This document shows, piece after piece, positions 50,001 to 62,295 of a DNA stretch of 64,000 nt. The translations under genes and the position numbers were made by a program. Within the stretch, counting starts at the first letter, position 1; each line of letters begins with the position of its first letter. Source of the DNA: Macrostomum hystrix (taxonomy: Eukaryota; Animalia; Platyhelminthes); assembly GCA_950097015.1 (NCBI GenBank), contig CATNEN010000002.1:4464001-4528000 (forward strand). Direction: 5' to 3'. The notes under the pieces are model-generated. The model saw only the letters and a program-made list of their open reading frames with translations. It had not been told where the DNA came from and made no database searches.

Positions 50001-53000
50001 TTCTGATGGACATTTCAAATCAGGATAAATAGCGAGAAACCTGGGACCGATGTCAATAAACCTAGCTGATAAAGTTTATCTGAATGCGCACGGGTATGCA
50101 AATGCATGATATTTAAATAGGTATCTGCAATCAAAGCCACAAAGGTGAATTAGTGAAACTAGCAACTGTTTTGAAAATAGTGATTTAGTGACCGCACATT
50201 GTTCAAGCATCTGGCAGATACAAATTAAAGCTTATCTTTCAGTGTTTAGATAACAGAATTGTTTACAATTGCTAGTGCATTGCACACTCTCAGCCCAGTT
50301 GGGCCCGTTGTTCAGTCAGTGAAGCGGCCCCACTTATTCAAGTTTGCTTCTGAAGGCTGCGCTGCGTACGACTGTCCAGTCCATGGACTGGGGGGACGCC
50401 ACACCCACCCTCAATTGGTACCCATTCAACAGCTGGGTGAACTGAAGCAATGCAGAGTTAAGTGGGAGCGGGAAAACTAAGGAAGCACTAGGAAATTAAG
50501 TATCTAACTTAAAGAACACAAATAGCTTCCTATTTGGTATTCGAACTCTCGACCTCTTGTATACGAGCATAACAGTTTAATGCGAATGATATGAAATTAA
50601 TTACTAGTACAAACCTTGGTTTGAAAGCTCGCTCATCAGTAGGCGAGTTGGTAAAATCAGCAGCAGCAGCAGCAGCTGTTGTTGTTGGAGCACCCACAAT
50701 GGATGAGGCGTGACCGTTAAGTCGCCCGTGACCGTTGCCATGACTCCTAGTTAGACTGCTCAACTTGGCCAAGAAACTCTCACGAAGGCTTAATCGTCCG
50801 CTTGACCGTTTTTTGTTACTATTTACAGCGTCTCCGTTGGCATGGCAACGGCCTGGTCGATATTCGACGCCTTCAACAACCAGCATCTGCTCGGGATTGT
50901 TGATGTCTAAGGAGTTGCGAACGGCTGCTAAACAGCGATCCCCGTCGATGCTGACTGTCGTTGTCTCGTAGATGTCCACGTTGATGTCGCTGTGATAAAT
51001 TGTAGATAAAAATAAAAGTACATTTAAAATTTGAATCGATTTGAATGACTTTATTAGAATCTGTATAGACACCAGTTAGAAAAAAGCATGTACTGTTACA
51101 GCCGAACTGAAGCAGTGCAGCTGCAAAAACAGTTAACGGGCAATATTTCAGGCGCATTGTAAATAGAAGGCTGCTGACAGTTGGTGCAATAAACGCTACA
51201 TTTCCTGCAAGCAGCTGCACAGCGTTAAATCATTCCGATCGTAGGGCTGTGCTACCCCGTCACTTCATCAAAATGGAACTGTGTATGATGGGGAAAAACT
51301 ATTTTTAGACCCTGATAAATAGCTTGTATCATGCACGAATCTTAGGGAATGCTGCCGGAGTTCAAATATAGCCAGAACTGTCATGATATCGATTAAGAAA
51401 GCAGACAAGAACAGCAACGCTACTTTCAACTTGTGCTACGGCTGTGGTATTCAAGGCTACGGCTGTGGTATTCAAGGCTACGGCTGTGGTATTCAAGGCT
51501 ACGGCTGTGGTATTCAAGGCTACGGCTGTGGCATTCAAGGCTATGGCTGTGGTATTCAAGGCTATGGCTGTGGTATTCAAGGCTACGGCTGTGGCATTCA
51601 AGGCTACGGCTGTGGTATTGAAGGCTATGGCTGTGGTATTGAAGGCTATGGCTGTGGTATTCAAGGCTATGGCTGTGGTATTCAAGGCTATGGCTGTGGT
51701 ATTGAAGGCTATGGCTGTGGTATTCAAGGCTATGGCTGTGGTATTGAAGGCTATGGCTGTGGTATTGAAGGCTATGGCTGTGGTATTCAAGGCTATGGCT
51801 GTGGTATTCAAGGCTACGGCTGTGGTATTCAAGGCTACGGCTGTGGTATTCAAGGCTATGGCTGTGGTATTGAAGGCTATGGCTGTGGTATTGAAGGCTA
51901 TGGCTGTGGTATTCAAGGCTATGGCTGTGGTATTCAAGGCTATGGCTGTGGTATTCAAGGCTATGGCTGTGGTATTCAAGGCTATGGCTGTGGTATTCAA
52001 GGCTATGGCTGTGGTATTCAAGGCTATGGCTGTGGTATTCAAGGCTATGGCTGTGGTATTCAAGGCTATGGCTTTGGTATTCAAGGCTATGGCTGTGGTA
52101 TTCAAGGCTATGGCTGTGGTATTGAAGGCTACGGCTGTGGTATTCAAGGCTATGGCTGTGGTATTCAAGGCTATGGCTGTGGTATTCAAGGCTACGGCTG
52201 TGGTATTGAAGGCTATGGCTTTGGTATTCAAGGCTACAGCTGTGGTATTCAAGGCTATGGCTGTGGTATTGAAGGCTATGGCTGTGGTATTCAAGGCTAT
52301 GGCTGTGGTATTCAAGGCTATGGCTGTGGTATTGAAGGCTACGGCTGTGGTATTCAAGGCTATGGCTGTGGTATTCAAGGCTATGGCTGTGGTATTCAAG
52401 GCTACGGCTGTGGTATTGAAGGCTATGGCTTTGGTATTCAAGGCTACAGCTGTGGTATTCAAGGCTATGGCTGTGGTATTGAAGGCTATGGCTTTGGTAT
52501 TCAAGGCTATGGCTGTGGTATTCAAGGCTATGGCTGTGGTATTCAAGGCTATGGCTGTGGTATTCAAGGCTATGGCTGTGGTATTCAAGGCTATGGCTGT
52601 GGTATTCAAGGCTATGGCTGTGGTAGTAAAGGCTATAGCATGGAATTTTTTGATAATGACAACATAATAACAACATAGGGTGTTATGTGCAGCAAAGCAA
52701 AGAAGCCTATGTTCTTAGCTTAAGTGATAAACATCTACAGCTATAGCTATTATGTCAATTAGATATCATATTTAATATGTCATATTTAAAAAAGTAAACA
52801 AACTAGTAAGTAAAGTAACTTTATTTCTACATTGGTTTAGAAACTGCTTACGCATTGTACATGCGGCATACTTAAGAGCTTAATGATAACAGCTTTTTTA
52901 TGCATACCATAGCACAGGTATCACTTACAGATCATCTGGATCCTGAGGTGTACAGACTAGCCTAGCATTGCTGTCTACAGAGCTATTGACGTTGATCTCT

Positions 53001-53212
53001 TCAGCGCAAAAATGGTCTCCACCAGCTACTGATGAAGCATAGCAATCTCTAGCTTGGCTGGAATCTGAACTCTTGACTTTGTTGAACAGAGAGTGAATCT
53101 TTATGCATAGACAGAGACCACTCATGACAGACAGGCCAGCCAAACTGCACAGGAATACTATGGTTGCTAGGGCAGGTGAGATGCTAGCAACCACTGGTTC
53201 CACATGGTCCAT
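37172..53212 (-). CDS. Single-pass membrane protein with short ectodomain and long Tyr/Pro-motif cytoplasmic tail (transmembrane-adaptor-like), 6 exons, ~802 aa
   Basis: Exons (-) 53212-52929, 50989-50615, 49408-48705, 39371-38922, 38832-38536, 37470-37172 chain with phases 2,2,1,1,1. TM segment LATIVFLCSLAGLSVMSGLCLCI. The ATG follows an acceptor directly, so an upstream exon exists. Read-through of the 38536 donor gives an alternative stop at 38525. Confidence 0.7.
37505..37915. repeat. ~48-bp minisatellite containing GTCACGTGAT
   Basis: About nine units of agtcagtcacgtgatgcttaaatgctggaccccaaaccccaattttct in the last intron of the TM gene. Confidence 0.9.
39525..39825 (-). mobile_element. 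SINE family B copy, full length
   Basis: Near-identical reverse complement of 32547-32868. Confidence 0.85.
40230..40625. repeat. 16-bp minisatellite (cacctgtctcatctct)n, related to the MITE-borne unit
   Basis: Reverse complement gagatgagacaggtga resembles gagatgagacacagga. Confidence 0.85.
41715..42280. repeat. ~21-bp minisatellite (tatctaaccccactctctgtc)n
   Basis: Tandem copies. Confidence 0.9.
42795..43105. repeat. 14-bp arrays (actgtagctgtaac)n then (gatttaatggagta)n
   Basis: Tandem copies. Confidence 0.85.
45215..45650. repeat. 16-bp minisatellite (gggattttagcgaatt)n
   Basis: Degenerate tandem copies. Confidence 0.85.
46560..47975. repeat. 22-bp minisatellite (atccgctctctatttctctacc)n
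   Basis: About 1.4 kb of tandem copies. Confidence 0.9.
48385..48696 (+). mobile_element. SINE family A copy ending at the donor of the 49408-48705 exon
   Basis: Shared body, 3' stem-loop and ATT tail, with part of the head missing. Confidence 0.85.
49440..49840. repeat. 18-bp minisatellite (ttggtcattgtgcctaga)n
   Basis: Tandem copies ending about 30 nt from the exon 3 acceptor of the TM gene. Confidence 0.9.
50330..50470 (-). mobile_element. SINE family B partial copy
   Basis: cagtccatggactggggg...ggtacccattcaacagctgggtgaactgaagcaatgcagagttaag. Confidence 0.75.
51432..52625. repeat. 21-bp minisatellite (attcaaggctatggctgtggt)n
   Basis: Tandem copies in intron 1 of the TM gene; long ORFs in four frames. 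Confidence 0.9.
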
Positions 53213-55379
53213 CTGTAATTTCAAACATCAATGTGATTAAATTACCTAGTTAAAAGACAAACAAAAATATATTGAACTAGCTAAGTGGTTCAAATTTTTA
53301 ACTAGGCAAAACAATACTGGTCCTCGGGTAAGATATTTAGCTAAATTAAAATTGTAATATAGCCAAGCTACCTTCAACTAAAAAGGCATTGTAATATGTT
53401 TCATATAATTAATAATTAATTTATTTTTTTGTTTTATTGTTTTATAGTCTATTGACTAAGCAGCCATGCAAATTAATAAAATTATACAAATAGATACTGT
53501 CTCAAAGCTTCAAAGCTAGCAATAAATGTGCTAAATTTAAGTTTTTGGATATATATTTAGATACTATGTCAGGTTAAAATGTATTACAAACAAATTTTAA
53601 AGATTTGTGTAACTTCTAAAATTATTACTAACTAGCAAACAGATATATACTAGCCATAAATTATGGCTACAAAATAATAAGGTAAAAAGCTAAATTAATA
53701 TTGTTATCATAATATCTGCTAGTATGTTATAATGTTACTAGATAAATAAAATAACAGGCATGGCCTAGTCATTTTTAGAAAAATGTATGACGATTTGAGA
53801 TTAACTTTTGATAAATGTAATGTTAAGTGTAAGTGTAAGTCACGTTATATAAGTGAATTTCGAAGTCAAAGCGTCCAGCACCGTGAGTCCGTGACACAAA
53901 GTAAACAGGATTGGCCGCTTTGCAGGAAAACATAATTCATTTTAAACTTGAGCTGAATACAAATTGGCGCGCCAACCTACCACAACAAAATTGCAAAAAT
54001 AAACAAGCTGTAATCTAAAAAAACTGCCTAATAACCTAGCAGTCATAATAATAATAATAATAATCTTAGTAGGCAGCTTTATTTATTATTTTTTTTACTT
54101 ACGCTTTTACGAAGAGTAAAGCCTTCTGTCATGCATCATTCGCGATGGTCACAATTCCGTTAAATAACAAGGAACTCAAGGTCCCCCACGTCTCTACTTA
54201 CCGTCCACTTTAGACCCTGCCCTCGAAACACCTTTACCTGTTACCGACATGGGGATTCGAGATTGTCTCCAGACCCGCGGTTAACCCCCACCTAAATTTA
54301 ACTTTCGGCCGTGCCATCCTTTCAGCTAAGAGTGAGCGCCTCTTAGGTCTCAGCGCAGGTTCCGGTTTCGTTTCTCCTCTCCGGCCCCTTTCTTGCCCGC
54401 CCTTCCCACCTCTCCCTTCCTTCCTTTTCCCACCCCTGCGCCTGGTCCCCACCCTTACCTTCACCCACTCAGCTCGACTCCACCGCAAACTTAATTCCCT
54501 CTTTCCACCAGAAAGAACGAGAACTCTCAAAACGTGTGGTTCCATTAGCTCGGAGAGTCTCACTGCGAATCACTCCTTTCATACTCTGTTTATTTCATTA
54601 TTTTCATAGGTACTTTCGCCTCTCCCATATCCTTCTCTCCCTTCTTGCGCTCGGCCGCTCGCCGCTCCTCTCGTATATCGTCTCGCATATAGGGCCTCCT
54701 CTCGCCCTAGTCTTCCTCGTCGGTGCTCGTCAGTGGTGACCCACCCAGGCCAACTTTCCACAACGTGTGCCCCCTGACCCCACCTGCTCAACCCGCGATC
54801 GGGATCAACATCACCTTAAAGATGGGCTGCTTCTTATAGTGGTCCTTGTTAAATTTATATGCCATGCATCTATAGTCTCAATCTCAATCTCTTCGCCTTT
54901 CTCAATTATCAAGTGAATATGCACATACGATACTGCATATAAGTACCATAGACGACCAGCACAAGGACGGGACAATGATCGTTTCATGGAGAATTTATTA
55001 AAGGCAGATTTTCACGGAAAATACACTAGCGAGCTAGATAAAAACTTTTTACTTTTTCCACATTAAAATGTTGATGACTTTCTATTTGCCTCCAGATTGG
55101 CCTACAAATTCTTCATAAAAAAAATTCGTAATTCTCTTAATACACTTATACTCGACTGTGATGGTAAAATTTAGTTTCTCACTACATTGACTAGCCTTAG
55201 ACTTGCTGTTTTGCTTCATTAAAAATAAAGGAAAATAAAACTAGATACAAGTTATTGAAACAAAAAAGATTACGCTTAAAAGGTACGATCAAGGCCGTGA
55301 TAAAGTGATAAATGCATGGATACCAGCATTAGCTGGGGCAATTCGCCATTGACTGAACAGCAGTACGCAGCCCTTAGGT

Positions 55380-56376
55380 CAGAGGTCGGCAAACTTATTA
55401 GCTAGCGGGCCAAAGAGAAAACCTAAAAGACGACAGCGGGCCGCATTGACTGTAGAAATAAGAGATAGGGGAGAGGTGAGACACAGGAGACATGAGACAC
55501 GGGAGAGATGAGATACAGGAGAGATGAGACACAGGAGAGATGAGGCGCAGGAGTGATGAGACACGGGAGAGATAAGACACAGGAGAGATGAGACATAGGA
55601 GAGAAGAGGCACAGGAGTGATGAGACACAGGAGAGATGAGACATAGGAGAGATGAGGCACAGGAGTGATGAGACACAGGAGAGATGAGACACAGGAGAGA
55701 TGAGACACAGGAGAGATGAGACATAGGAGAGATAAGGCACAGGAGTGATGAGACACAGGAGACATGAGACACAGGAGAGATGAGACACGGGAGAGATGAG
55801 ACACGGGAGAGATGAGGCGCAGGAGTGATGAGACACAGGAGAGATGAGGCGCAGGAGTGATGAGACACAGGAGAGATGAGACACAGGAGAGATGAGACAC
55901 AGGAGAGATGAGACACAGGAGAGATGAGACACAGGAGAGATGAGACATAGGAGAGATAAGGCACAGGAGTGATGAGACACAGGAGACATGAGACACAGGA
56001 GAGATGAGACACGGGAGAGATGAGACACGGGAGAGATGAGGCGCAGGAGTGATGAGACACAGGAGAGATGAGGCACAGGAGAGATGAGACACAGGAGAGA
56101 TAAGACACAGGAGAGATGAGACACAGGAGAGATGAGACACAGGAGTGATGAGACACAGGAGAGATGAGGCACAGGAGTGATGAGACACAGGAGAGATGAG
56201 GCACAGGAGTGATGAGACACAGGAGAGATGAGACACAGGAGAGATGAGGCGCAGGACATACGTGACCGAGGAAAGACAGACCTGGGAAACATAAAGAGGA
56301 TGCTGTATGTGTTGGAAGTGGCAACGGGCCGGATTTGGGAGCTTCGAGGGCCGCGGGCCGGAGTTTGCCGACCCTG
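55380..56376 (+). mobile_element. hAT-type MITE with internal 16-bp minisatellite, TIRs and 8-bp TSD, nested in a SINE-B tail
   Basis: Left end CAGAGGTCGGCAAACT; right end AGTTTGCCGACCCTG. Flanks CCTTAGGT (55372-55379) and CTTTAGGT (56377-56384) match at 7/8. Subterminal GCGGGCC motifs. SINE-B tail sequence resumes on both sides. Confidence 0.85.
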
Positions 56377-57849
56377 CTTTAGGTGGTGTCGTCTGGCTGC
56401 ACACCTGGGCAAAATGGAACAGGTAAAATCAAATAGTTTCATACTAAAATAACAAAGATTACAAATAAATTCGATTCCTTAGAGACCAACTAAGCGTTGA
56501 TAAATGGCATGGAGTGTTGCATGTACAAGTCCTATTCAGGGTTACATACAGTATTACAAATTCAGAGTAGTAGCTAGCTGTAGTTTTGAGTAGAAGCAGT
56601 TAATATTAACTGGATCTTTAATATCCTAAAGTCCGTCAGTTTGGGGACTAGGTCACATAGTAAAAATTATACAAATTATACTAGTTTGTATTACTGTACT
56701 CGTACTATATTAGGCGCACACGCATTTCTCACCGGTCAAAAATCGTATCGCCTGATCTAAAAATAGCATGCCCAGTAAACCTCTACCTTGTATAGACAAG
56801 TACAGCAGTGACGAAACTAGGATCTAAAATTAGCACACAGTCATGGAATTGCACCAGGATTTCCCATGGATTTCGTTAGTCTTACAGAGAAAGGCTACTA
56901 ACCGAGTACGCTGACATTGTTAAAGGCACTTAATTCGCTAACGAGATGAGAGGATGAGATTGGGAGAGATAAGACAGGATACAATGACGAGCAGACGACA
57001 TGACGAGATATGAGACAGGAGATAAGACAGAAGAGAGGAAGAGGAGACAGAACAGGCATGGAGAGATAAAACATGGGAGAAATGAGGTAGGCGAGTCTGC
57101 CAACTAAAAAATCGGAAAATAACAATTACGTTAAAACTGATTTTAAAGTGAAATTTGTAAGGAACTGAATAGTTTCGTTTCGCATTGCTGCAGACGGTTG
57201 CTTCAGTTTGAGTGCCAAACTTTACAGAGTGGTCAGTGAGACATTTACTGCGTGCCTTCACCAACCAGCGTTTCATTTGTATTTCTTTCTTCTAAATAAA
57301 AGTTCTATTTTGCTCCGCACGCACTCACAGACATGGAAATATAAGTTAAAATTAAATTTCGTTTGCTATTATTATACAAGGGTAATAGTTGGTTTAGAGT
57401 TGTAAGACTTCACACAAGTTAGATATTTATGTTTTGAGGATCAGACGACTGCAAAAACTATTTCGCACAGTGCACACATAGATTCTGTCCGACTTGTACT
57501 TATCAGAATTGAATAATTGAACTCAAGTGCTTTTAGATTTTGAAATATAATAGAAGTTTGTTTAAATTGATTCTATAAATTAAAACGAATATTAATGAGG
57601 AATCTAAAAACTTTGAGGCATAAAATAATAACAGAGATAGTGAGCTGGGTCAAAGGTGAACAATTGAATTCTTGTTTAAAGTAAACACGACACACGGGGA
57701 CAGCGCACCTGGGTATAGTGTGATAAACGGGACGAACTTGACAATAATCATTTACTTGCGCCAACACTAAGCTCTGGGAATAGACTTTTGAATGGGAATA
57801 CAGTTCGCAATGATTAGAAGATTTGTAATCCCCATGATTTGAGGATTAA

Positions 57850-58280
57850 AAAATCATATAGGAATTGAAATCCCATTGGTTTTGGGGTTGAAATCCCTTT
57901 GGTTTTGGGATTGAAATCCCTTTGGTTTTGGGATTAAAATCCCTTGATTTTGGGATTGAAGTTCCCTTCATTTTGGGATTGAAATCCCTTTGGTTTTGGG
58001 ATTAAAATCCCTTGATTTTGGGATTGAAGTTCCCTTCATTTTGGGATTGAAATCCCTTTGGTTTTGGGATTAAAATCCCTTGATTTTGGGATTGAAGTTC
58101 CCTTCATTTTAGGATTGAAATCCCTTTGGTTTTGGGATTAAAATCCCTTGATATTGGGATTGAAGTTCCCTTCATTTTGGGATTGAAATCCCTTTGATTT
58201 TGGGATTCAAATCCGTTGATCTTGATTGAAATTCCAGTGATTTTGGTATTGAAATTCCCATGATTTTGGGAGTTGGGTTT
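57850..58280. repeat. 23-bp minisatellite with 69-bp (3-unit) higher-order repeat
   Basis: Unit variants gaaatccctttgg / taaaatcccttga / gaagttcccttca recur in fixed order. Confidence 0.85.
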
Positions 58281-59102
58281 ACCGTGATTGATACACAGAG
58301 ACTTACAGAGCTTGATAAACAGAAATAAAGACTACAACTCTAGGATGATAAACCAGTCAAAAGAAAACAAAAATAGCTTACATTTTGTTACGTGTTCTCT
58401 TCACAACAAACGCAAATTTAATTGCCTTGCCTCGTACAATAGAAACAAAACAAAATGTTATATAAGGGAACATAAAAACGCTTGACAGACATCAGCGCTG
58501 ATACACAAAAAACTGTTTGCCCCTCTGACATGGCGTCATAGACAGACCGGACACACAAGCAGACAGCAGACTTTGCAGCTCTCAGCTAGGATTGTTAAAT
58601 TTTGAAATTAACGAGGGTTTCTAAAAATGTGTTATGTTTTTTGTTGCAGATGTTTGGTAAGTCCCACGTGTATGTGCAAGGCACAATTTTAAAATTTGGG
58701 TTTATACATTTAGGAGATTTGTACATACAGAAAAGTTATGTATGTCTATGGCTGTTTTCCCTTCTACTCAAATGTACTAATCCCTTGAATCCTATAAATC
58801 ACCATTGATCGCAGCAAAAAGTCAATTTAAAGATTTTAAAGAATAAATCGAAAACTAATTTCCGGGTCTAGTCTAGTCAAGTCTATTGAAAGTCGAGTCT
58901 TATCAATGACTTTTTTTAAACCTACTTAACATGAGAGTGGATAAATCTATGCCCAGGGTTAGGAAACAAGGAGCCGACAGAATCTCTAATGACGACGCCA
59001 TTTGACGGCTTATTTTGTCTTCAAACCCAAAATAAAAATGATCACAAATATTAGAAGATAACAAGTCTAAAACACACGCAAAGCTAATTTACGTATCAGA
59101 GC

Positions 59103-59846
59103 TCATCGTGTCGATGTCGCTGACGAGCTCTGAAACTCAAGTCGGGAACGATTGGCCATAGACTGCATGACCCGATCGTCTGGAGACGGCGAGTCAAACT
59201 GAAATGGGGTCGAAATCGCCACTGACGGCCGCGAATGATATAATTGCTGCTGATAGTCTGTGGGTGTCATGGCCTCAGTCAAGTACATGGCCAACTGACT
59301 GCACAGCATCCGGTTTACTCCGCCTCGCCTTAGCGACGGTGCTGAGGAGGCTGCCAAGCAATGCACACTGGGCTGCTGCTTCACCGGCAATAGCTGCTGT
59401 TGCTGCTGCTGCTTAGTGAGGCTGAGCCTGGTTTGTGTTTCTGTAGACAGTTGCGCATCAAGTACTGCTGCTTCACAATTTCTGTTGTCATTTACTTCCA
59501 AAAAAGTCTGTTTATCTACTTTCTGCTGCTGAGCTTCATTGTACTGTAGAGTCTGCTGGGGTATCTGCGATTTTGTAGTTTCCTTGGCTGGTTCCGGTTG
59601 GCAGTGTTCAATTAGAAGCGCATTCTCAAACAGCGAGACTGGCGGCTTTGGCAACCTAACAGAAGCCAGGAGTGACGCCTTGCCAACCTGCCTACTGCGC
59701 TTGGGCTGCTGCTGCTGCTGCAGGGGAAACGATCTAGGAGATGCGGCTGGTCGAGCATTAGCTAACCGGCTTTGGCTCAGGTCTGGCCTACGCATTCGAG
59801 CCAGAGAGCTGGCCTCGCGAGCCATCATGAGCATGGTGTCCGCCAT
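59103..59846 (-). CDS. Low-complexity Gln/Ser-rich ORF or exon, no recognisable domain
   Basis: 268-codon GC-rich ORF in AT-rich surroundings with CAG runs. ATG candidates in MADTMLMM. Confidence 0.45.
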   Translation of the reverse strand: MADTMLMMAREASSLARMRRPDLSQSRLANARPAASPRSFPLQQQQQPKRSRQVGKASLLASVRLPKPPVSLFENALLIEHCQPEPAKETTKSQIPQQTLQYNEAQQQKVDKQTFLEVNDNRNCEAAVLDAQLSTETQTRLSLTKQQQQQQLLPVKQQPSVHCLAASSAPSLRRGGVNRMLCSQLAMYLTEAMTPTDYQQQLYHSRPSVAISTPFQFDSPSPDDRVMQSMANRSRLEFQSSSATSTR

Positions 59847-60094
59847 TTGGTTGCTATGGAAATTTCCGAGCACGAGGTTAACAAGGCAAGCAAATATATT
59901 ATTTCCCAAATAGTCACAGAATTAGAGCGAATGCGTTTTGAACAGAGCAGTCTGATCTGAAAGAAATTTGAAAAGCTTGAAGTAATGTAAAATACTGACT
60001 TAGTGCAGCATACAACAACCTTGCCAACAATACATTTTTCTATATGTGGACAACCTAACCATAAAAATTGACTCAAACAAAAATTAAAATACAA

Positions 60095-60395
60095 ATTATT
60101 TTTGTTGGAGGGCTGCGGGCAATGGCACACTATTTGGTGACACTAGACCCGCAGTCAGCGAGTAGGCAATTCTGCCCATTTCGCTGACTCCTGAGCACAC
60201 ACGCACACAGATAACGTACGCAGGTACACACTCACGCAGAGGTGTGTACATCTGCCCTGACTTTCTCATAGACAGGCAGTGTACACTATCCTAGAAGGTT
60301 GGAGGTCCAAGTGAATGTGGACTTGCCGCGGAATCGAGCTCAGGGACCTTGTTGCTAGAGGCAAACGAGTTAGACCACTCTGCCACTCACTATTA
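60095..60395 (-). mobile_element. SINE family A copy
   Basis: Reverse-complement match with internal deletion. Confidence 0.8.
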
Positions 60396-61214
60396 GGTGG
60401 CGCTTCGAAAGTCTGTGCACAGCTGTTCGGTCCGCGGACTGGGGGGATGGTACACCCACTAAAATTTCTGCCCCAACTAATACTGGCATCTAAAAGAATC
60501 AAATTTTGGTCCTCGGAACCGATATTTTGAAATACTGACCTCTTGTTCAGGTATCATATGCTCAAATTACATGCTAAAACTACTCAGACAATAAAGATTA
60601 CGCAAAAAATACGATTTTGTTCCCAGAAGAAAACAAAAATAGAAAAAAAACTAAAAAACACACAAAAACTTCTACACACGTATTGTATTGTATTTCCTAA
60701 GATTTGCTTGAAAAAACAATTGAATTAAAACAATCAGTAAGTTATAAAAAGAGCTATTCGGATTTCAAGTTGCTTGTCAAAAAATTGCTAAACGACAATT
60801 GTACGAGTAGAGGAAAAAGAAACAAACTAGCAGACATTTACTTAACAAAAATGCATGTAACTATCACTATGCCAAGGCTGGGTTAAATAATTCTGTTTTG
60901 TTTCTATTTTCGAATCGGAAGGTTTTCAAATGATATTCTTGTGAAAAAATCACTGAAAAATCCTGCATAGCAACAAACCGCTGTAAATTAAATAGATTAA
61001 ATAGTTTTTTTGTTTATAACAGCTAATTTTGTAAATTCAAAAACATCAAGAAGCTCTTTTGAGCAATTTGTACAGGATGCTGCATACATTGTGTAGCGCG
61101 TTAAAAATTACCTATGTACTTCTCATATACTTTAACCCGCTATTAATTCTAACTTAATTAAAAGGACTTTGATTAATTACAAATCATGTCCTATTATCCC
61201 CATACAAACTAACT

Positions 61215-62295
61215 AAGAATCCCATTCTTTTAACCAAACTAAAAATCCCATTCTTTAACCAAACTAAAAATCCCATTCTTTAACCAAACTAAAAATCCCA
61301 TTGTTTAACCAAACTAAAAATCCCATTGTTTAACCAAATTAAAAATCCTATTCTTAAACCAAATTAAAAGTCCCACTCTTTAACCAAATTAAAAATCCCA
61401 TTGTTTAACCAAACTAAAAATCCCATTGTTTAACCAAACTAAAAATCCCATTCTTTAACCAAACTAAAAATCCCATTGTTTAACCAAACTAAAAATCCCA
61501 TTGTTTAACCAAATAAAAAATCCCATTCTTAAACCAAATTAAAAATCCCATTCTTAAACCAAATAAAAAATCCCATTCTTTAACCAAATAAAAAATCCCA
61601 TTCTTTAACCAAACTAAAAATCCCATTCATTAACCAAATAAAAAATCCCATTCTTTAACCAAACTAAAAATCCCATTCTTTTACCAAACTAAAAATCCCA
61701 TTCTTAAACCAAATTAAAAATCCCATTCTTAAACCAAATAAAAAATCCCATTCTTTTACCAAACTAAAAATCCCATTCTTTAACCAAACTAAAAATCCCA
61801 TTCTTTAACCAAACTAAAAATCCCATTCTTTTACCAAACTAAAAATCCCATTCTTTAACCAAATTAAAAATCCCATTGTTTAACCAAACTAAAAATCCCA
61901 TTCTTTAACCAAACTAAAAATCCCATTGTTTAACCAAATTAAAAATCCCATTCTTTAACCAAACTAAAAATCCCATTCTTTAATAAACCAAACTAAAAAT
62001 CCCATTGTTTAACCAAATTAAAAATCCCATTGTTTAACCAAATTAAAAATCCCATTCTTAAACCAAATTAAAAATCCCATTCTTTAACCAAACTAAAAAT
62101 CCCATTCTTTAACCAGACTAAAAATCCCATTGTTTAACCAAATTAAAAATCCCATTCTTTAACCAAATTAAAAATCCAATTCTTTAACCAAATTAAAAAT
62201 CCCATTCTTTAACCAAATTAAAAATCCAATTCTTTAACCAAATTGAAAATCCCATTCTTTAACCTAACTAAAATCCCATTCGTTAACCCAACTAA
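61215..62295. repeat. 25-bp minisatellite (aaccaaactaaaaatcccattcttt)n
   Basis: About 1.1 kb of tandem copies. Confidence 0.9.

Noticed and set aside
34372-62295. Regular repeat arrays as CRISPR-like loci
   Set aside because: Units are head-to-tail with no unique spacers, the context is eukaryotic and no cas genes are present.
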